Virus record (IMG/VR): IMGVR_UViG_2526164662_000046 | DNA length: 21,541 nucleotides | Reading direction: 5' to 3' (one strand) | Source of the DNA: a virus | Taxonomy: Duplodnaviria > Heunggongvirae > Uroviricota > Caudoviricetes | Shown here: piece by piece, positions 17,431 through 21,541 of the stretch | How the letters are laid out: every line of letters starts with the position of its first letter | Position numbering within the stretch: position 1 is the stretch's first letter | The notes under the pieces: model-generated | Databases searched by the model: none | Seen by the model: the letters and a program-made list of their open reading frames with translations, nothing else | What the model was told of the DNA's origin: nothing | Program-made: the position numbers and the translations under genes

Positions 17431-19902
17431 ATGAGTAAAGTCTTTATTTGCGCCGCTATTCCTGACGAACTGGCAACAAGGGAAGAAGGCGCTGTGGCTG
17501 TAGCCACAGCCATTGAAGCTGGCGACGAACGCCGTGCTCGAGCAAAATTTCACTGGCAATTCCTGGAACATTATCCGGCTGCTCAGGACTGCGCTTATAA
17601 ATTTATTGTCTGCGAGGATAAACCTGGCATACCCCGCCCTGCCCTCGATTCATGGGATGCTGAATATATGCAGGAAAACCGCTGGGATGAGGAGTCTGCT
17701 TCTTTTGTCCCGAATGAGACTGAATCCGATCCGATGAACGTCACTTTTGACAAGCTGGCCCCTGAAGTACAGAACGCTGTCATGGTTAAGTTCGACACAT
17801 GTGAAAACATCACCGTTGATATGGTTATTAGCGCACAGGAATTGTTGCAGGAAGACATGGCAACATTCGACGGACATATCGTTGAAGCGTTGATGAAAAT
17901 GCCAGAAGTTAACGCCATGTATCCGGAGCTTAAGTTGCACGCCATTGGGTGGGTTAAGCATAAATGTATTCCTGGTGCTAAATGGCCCGAAATTCAGGCA
18001 GAGATGCGCATCTGGAAAAAACGTCGCGAAGGTGAACGCAAGGAAACCGGAAAATACACGTCTGTTGTTGATCTCGCACGCGCCAGAGCCAATCAACAGT
18101 ACACTGAAAATTCAACAGGAAAAATCAGCCCGGTCATTGCTGCCATTCATCGCGAATACAAGCAGACATGGAAAACACTGGATGACGAACTGGCCTACGC
18201 TCTCTGGCCTGGTGATGTGGATGCCGGAAACATTGACGGCAGCATCCATCGCTGGGCAAAAAAAGAAGTTATCGACAACGACCGCGAAGACTGGAAGCGT
18301 ATCTCGGCATCAATGCGCAAACAGCCTGATGCCCTTCGCTACGACCGCCAGACTATTTTTGGCCTTGTCCGTGAGCGTCCGATCGACATTCACAAAGATC
18401 CCGTAGCACTGAACAAATATATCTGCGAATACCTGACGACAAAGGGCGTGTTTGAGAATGAAGAAACAGACCTGGGCACTGTTGATGTTCTCCAGTCATC
18501 AGAAACACAAACTGATGCAGTGGAAACTGAGGTATCTGATATCCCAAAAAATGAAACCGCGCCGGAAGCTGAACCATCTGTAGAGCGTGAGGGGCCGTTC
18601 TATTTCCTCTTCGCAGATAAGGACGGAGAAAAATACGGTCGCGCAAACAAACTTTCTGGTCTGGATAAGGCACTGGCTGCTGGCGCCACTGAAATCACAA
18701 AAGAAGAATATTTTGCCCGAAAAAATGGCACATACACGGGCTTACCGCAAAATGTAGATACCGCTGAAGATTCAGAACAACCAGAGCCGATAAAAGTTAC
18801 CGCTGACGAAGTAAACAAAATTATGCAGGCAGCCAATATCAGCCAGCCTGACGCTGATAAGTTGCTTGCTGCATCACGTGGTGAATTTGTTGAAGGGATT
18901 AGTGACCCGAATGATCCGAAATGGGTTAAGGGGATCCAGACCCGCGATTCTGTGAACCAGAACCAGCATGAATCGGAACGGAACTACCAAAAAGCGGAAC
19001 AAAACAGTCCAAATGCGTTACAAAACGAGCCAGTAACGAAACAGCCTGAACCAGTAGCGCAACAGGAAGTGGAAAAAGTCTGCACCGCCTGCGGTCAGAC
19101 CGGCGGCGGCAACTGCCCTGATTGTGGCGCGGTGATGGGCGACGCAACATACCAGGAAACATTCGATGAAGAGTATCAGGTTGAAGTTCAGGAAGATGAT
19201 CCGGAGGAAATGCAAGGCGCTGAACATCCACACAAGGAGAACACTGGCGGCAATCAGCATCACAATAGCGATAATGAAACTGGCGAGACGGCAGATCACC
19301 CAATTAAGGTGAACGGTCATCACGAAATCACATCCACCAGCAGGACGTGTGACCATCTAATGATCGACCTTGAAACCATGGGAAAAAATCCTGATGCCCC
19401 GATCATCTCAATAGGTGCAATATTTTTCGATCCGCAAACCGGAGATATGGGACCGGAATTTAGTAAGACTATCGATCTGGAAACTGCTGGCGGAGTCATT
19501 GATCGGGACACCATTAAATGGTGGCTTAAGCAATCACGCGAAGCGCAATCTGCCATTATGACCGATGAAATCCCGTTAGATGATGCACTGTTACAATTGC
19601 GGGAATTTATCGACGAAAACTCCGGTGAATTTTTTGTTCAGGTCTGGGGAAATGGAGCCAACTTCGACAACACGATTTTGCGCCGTTCATACGAACGGCA
19701 GGGGATCCCCTGCCCGTGGCGTTACTACAACGATCGCGATGTACGCACAATCGTTGAGCTGGGGAAAGCCATAGACTTCGATGCCAGAACGGCTATTCCA
19801 TTCGAAGGTGAGCGCCATAATGCACTTGATGACGCCCGTTACCAGGCAAAATACGTTTCAGTTATCTGGCAAAAACTGATCCCGAGTCAGGCTGATTCTT
19901 AA
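17431..19902 (+). CDS. Prophage exonuclease, 823 aa, with C-terminal DnaQ-like DEDDh 3'-5' exonuclease domain and internal zinc ribbon (YdfE-like, full length)
   Basis: GAGG Shine-Dalgarno before ATG 17431; C-terminal motifs MIDLETMG (Exo I), WGNGANFDNTIL (Exo II), HNALDDARY (Exo III with His); C-x2-C-x9-C-x2-C (CTACGQTGGGNCPDC); acidic low-complexity linker. Occupies the ydfE position (downstream of ydfD, upstream of xis/int). Confidence 0.8.
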   Translation: MSKVFICAAIPDELATREEGAVAVATAIEAGDERRARAKFHWQFLEHYPAAQDCAYKFIVCEDKPGIPRPALDSWDAEYMQENRWDEESASFVPNETESDPMNVTFDKLAPEVQNAVMVKFDTCENITVDMVISAQELLQEDMATFDGHIVEALMKMPEVNAMYPELKLHAIGWVKHKCIPGAKWPEIQAEMRIWKKRREGERKETGKYTSVVDLARARANQQYTENSTGKISPVIAAIHREYKQTWKTLDDELAYALWPGDVDAGNIDGSIHRWAKKEVIDNDREDWKRISASMRKQPDALRYDRQTIFGLVRERPIDIHKDPVALNKYICEYLTTKGVFENEETDLGTVDVLQSSETQTDAVETEVSDIPKNETAPEAEPSVEREGPFYFLFADKDGEKYGRANKLSGLDKALAAGATEITKEEYFARKNGTYTGLPQNVDTAEDSEQPEPIKVTADEVNKIMQAANISQPDADKLLAASRGEFVEGISDPNDPKWVKGIQTRDSVNQNQHESERNYQKAEQNSPNALQNEPVTKQPEPVAQQEVEKVCTACGQTGGGNCPDCGAVMGDATYQETFDEEYQVEVQEDDPEEMQGAEHPHKENTGGNQHHNSDNETGETADHPIKVNGHHEITSTSRTCDHLMIDLETMGKNPDAPIISIGAIFFDPQTGDMGPEFSKTIDLETAGGVIDRDTIKWWLKQSREAQSAIMTDEIPLDDALLQLREFIDENSGEFFVQVWGNGANFDNTILRRSYERQGIPCPWRYYNDRDVRTIVELGKAIDFDARTAIPFEGERHNALDDARYQAKYVSVIWQKLIPSQADS

Positions 19903-19974
19903 TGTTCAACTGTCGCCGGTTGTGACTGGTATTCTGCAACCGGCGCTCGTCTGATGTAAGAGATAAAGAAATCG

Positions 19975-20226
19975 ATGAGCGAAGTAATCATGATTGTCTC
20001 TCCCGGCAAATGGGTATCCGAAGAGCAGTTAATTGCGCTGAAAGGAATAAAAAAAGGTACGTTAAAAAAGGCCCGGGAAAAATCGTTTATGGAAGGAAGG
20101 GAATATAAGCATGTCGCTCATGACGGTATGCCATGGGATAACAGTCCATGCTTTTACAACCTGGAAGAAATTGATCGCTGGATTGAGCGCCAGACATCAG
20201 CGAGACCAAGACGTCATCTTACTTGA
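19975..20226 (+). CDS. Excisionase-like protein (Xis)
   Basis: 83-aa ORF immediately upstream of the integrase; small, basic; position and size typical of lambdoid xis. Confidence 0.65.
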   Translation: MSEVIMIVSPGKWVSEEQLIALKGIKKGTLKKAREKSFMEGREYKHVAHDGMPWDNSPCFYNLEEIDRWIERQTSARPRRHLT

Positions 20227-20260
20227 CTAAAAGCCACACTAACTAATGAGAGAAGTTGAA

Positions 20261-21541
20261 ATGAAATATCCGACAGGCGTGGAAAACCATGGAGGGAAAT
20301 TACGTATCTGGTTTGTTTATAAAGGCGTAAGAGTCAGGGAAAATCTGGGGGTTCCTGACACAGCAAAAAACAGGCGCGTTGCAGGTGAACTACGCTCCTC
20401 TGTTTGTTACGCAATAAAAACTGGTGTTTTCGACTATGCAAAACAGTTTCCCTCCTCACGCAATCTGGAAAAATTTGGTGAGGCCCGACAAGATTTAACC
20501 ATAAAAGAACTGGCTGAAAAATTTCTGGCACTGAAAGAAACTGAAGTCGCCAAAACATCACTCAACACATACCGTGCCGTCATCAAAAATATCCTGAGCA
20601 TAATCGGTGAAAAAAATCTTGCCTCATCGATTAATAAAGAAAAATTACTGGAGGTTCGTAAAGAGTTACTGACTGGATACCAGATCCCCAAAAGTAACTA
20701 TATTGTTACACAACCAGGGAGATCGGCTGTAACTGTAAATAATTACATGACAAATCTTAACGCCGTGTTCCAGTTTGGTGTTGATAACGGTTACCTGGCA
20801 GATAATCCGTTTAAGGGGATCTCGCCATTAAAGGAATCAAGAACCATTCCGGATCCTCTTTCGCGGGAAGAATTTATCCGTCTTATCGATGCGTGCAGAA
20901 ATCAGCAAGCAAAAAATTTATGGTGTGTTTCTGTTTATACTGGCGTTCGCCCTGGTGAGCTGTGTGCACTTGGATGGGAGGACGTAGATCTGAAAAATGG
21001 AACAATGATGATCAGGAGAAATTTAGCAAAAGACCGTTTCACGGTACCAAAAACACAGGCGGGAACCAATCGGGTCATTCATCTTATTAAGCCAGCAATC
21101 GACGCTCTCCGGAGTCAGATGACATTAACGAGACTGAGCAAAGAGCATATCATTGATGTTCACCTCAGAGAGTATGGCAGAACAGAAAAACAAAAATGCA
21201 CCTTTGTTTTTCAACCTGAAGTGTCAGCGAGAGTAAAAAATTATGGTGACCATTTTACCGTTGACTCAATAAGGCAGATGTGGGACGCAGCGATAAAACG
21301 TGCCGGACTCCGCCATCGAAAATCATATCAGTCGAGACATACTTATGCCTGCTGGTCGCTGACAGCTGGTGCTAACCCGGCATTTATAGCAAACCAGATG
21401 GGCCATGCAGATGCGCAAATGGTATTTCAGGTATACGGAAAATGGATGTCTGAAAACAATAATGCACAGGTAGCTTTGTTAAATACACAGTTAAGCGAGT
21501 TTGCCCCAACCATGCCCCATAACGAAGCAATGAAAAATTAA
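20261..21541 (+). CDS. Tyrosine recombinase / phage integrase
   Basis: Catalytic-domain signatures: Arg in TGVRPGEL, H-x-x-R in SRHTYACW, catalytic Tyr region QVYGKWM; N-terminal arm-binding region; stop TAA at 21539-21541. Alternative start ATG 20246 (ORF track). Confidence 0.85.
   Translation: MKYPTGVENHGGKLRIWFVYKGVRVRENLGVPDTAKNRRVAGELRSSVCYAIKTGVFDYAKQFPSSRNLEKFGEARQDLTIKELAEKFLALKETEVAKTSLNTYRAVIKNILSIIGEKNLASSINKEKLLEVRKELLTGYQIPKSNYIVTQPGRSAVTVNNYMTNLNAVFQFGVDNGYLADNPFKGISPLKESRTIPDPLSREEFIRLIDACRNQQAKNLWCVSVYTGVRPGELCALGWEDVDLKNGTMMIRRNLAKDRFTVPKTQAGTNRVIHLIKPAIDALRSQMTLTRLSKEHIIDVHLREYGRTEKQKCTFVFQPEVSARVKNYGDHFTVDSIRQMWDAAIKRAGLRHRKSYQSRHTYACWSLTAGANPAFIANQMGHADAQMVFQVYGKWMSENNNAQVALLNTQLSEFAPTMPHNEAMKN

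Noticed and set aside
17513-19774. Multiple overlapping and antisense ORFs within the 823-aa exonuclease gene
   Set aside because: Contained within a long, motif-supported ORF; no independent support.
19914-19945. Inverted repeat cgccggttg ... caaccggcg between the exonuclease and xis as a terminator
   Set aside because: 14-nt loop and no following U-run; possibly a weak attenuator, but not supportable as a terminator from sequence alone.

Overview
This window is a lambdoid (Qin/Kim-like) defective prophage of an E. coli/Shigella-type genome, with its integrase at the right edge. All calls are by eye from the sequence and the supplied ORF track; no database search was run, and family names rest on recalled knowledge of the K-12 Qin prophage. 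Left to right: cspI; a lysis cassette on the minus strand (Rz/Rz1 spanins, SAR-type endolysin, ydfR, pinholin-type holin); a 56-aa zinc-ribbon ORF; cspB; a frameshifted cspF-like gene; a Q antiterminator gene cut into three pieces by two IS insertions (an IS911-like IS3-family element and an IS66-family element, both with target-site duplications); ydfU, rem, an 83-aa unknown ORF, hokD; a 595-aa opposite-strand cargo gene with no recognisable phage function; a replication module with an iteron array inside the initiator gene; the dicC/dicA switch with palindromic operators; ydfA, a ydfB-like ORF, dicF sRNA, dicB, ydfD; a full-length 823-aa exonuclease; excisionase and tyrosine integrase. The best candidate for an undescribed system is the 595-aa gene at 10959..12746, which carries a HEPN-like R-x4-H-G motif near its C-terminus and sits where K-12 has relBE; I propose it as a single-gene anti-phage/abortive-infection candidate, but that is inference only.
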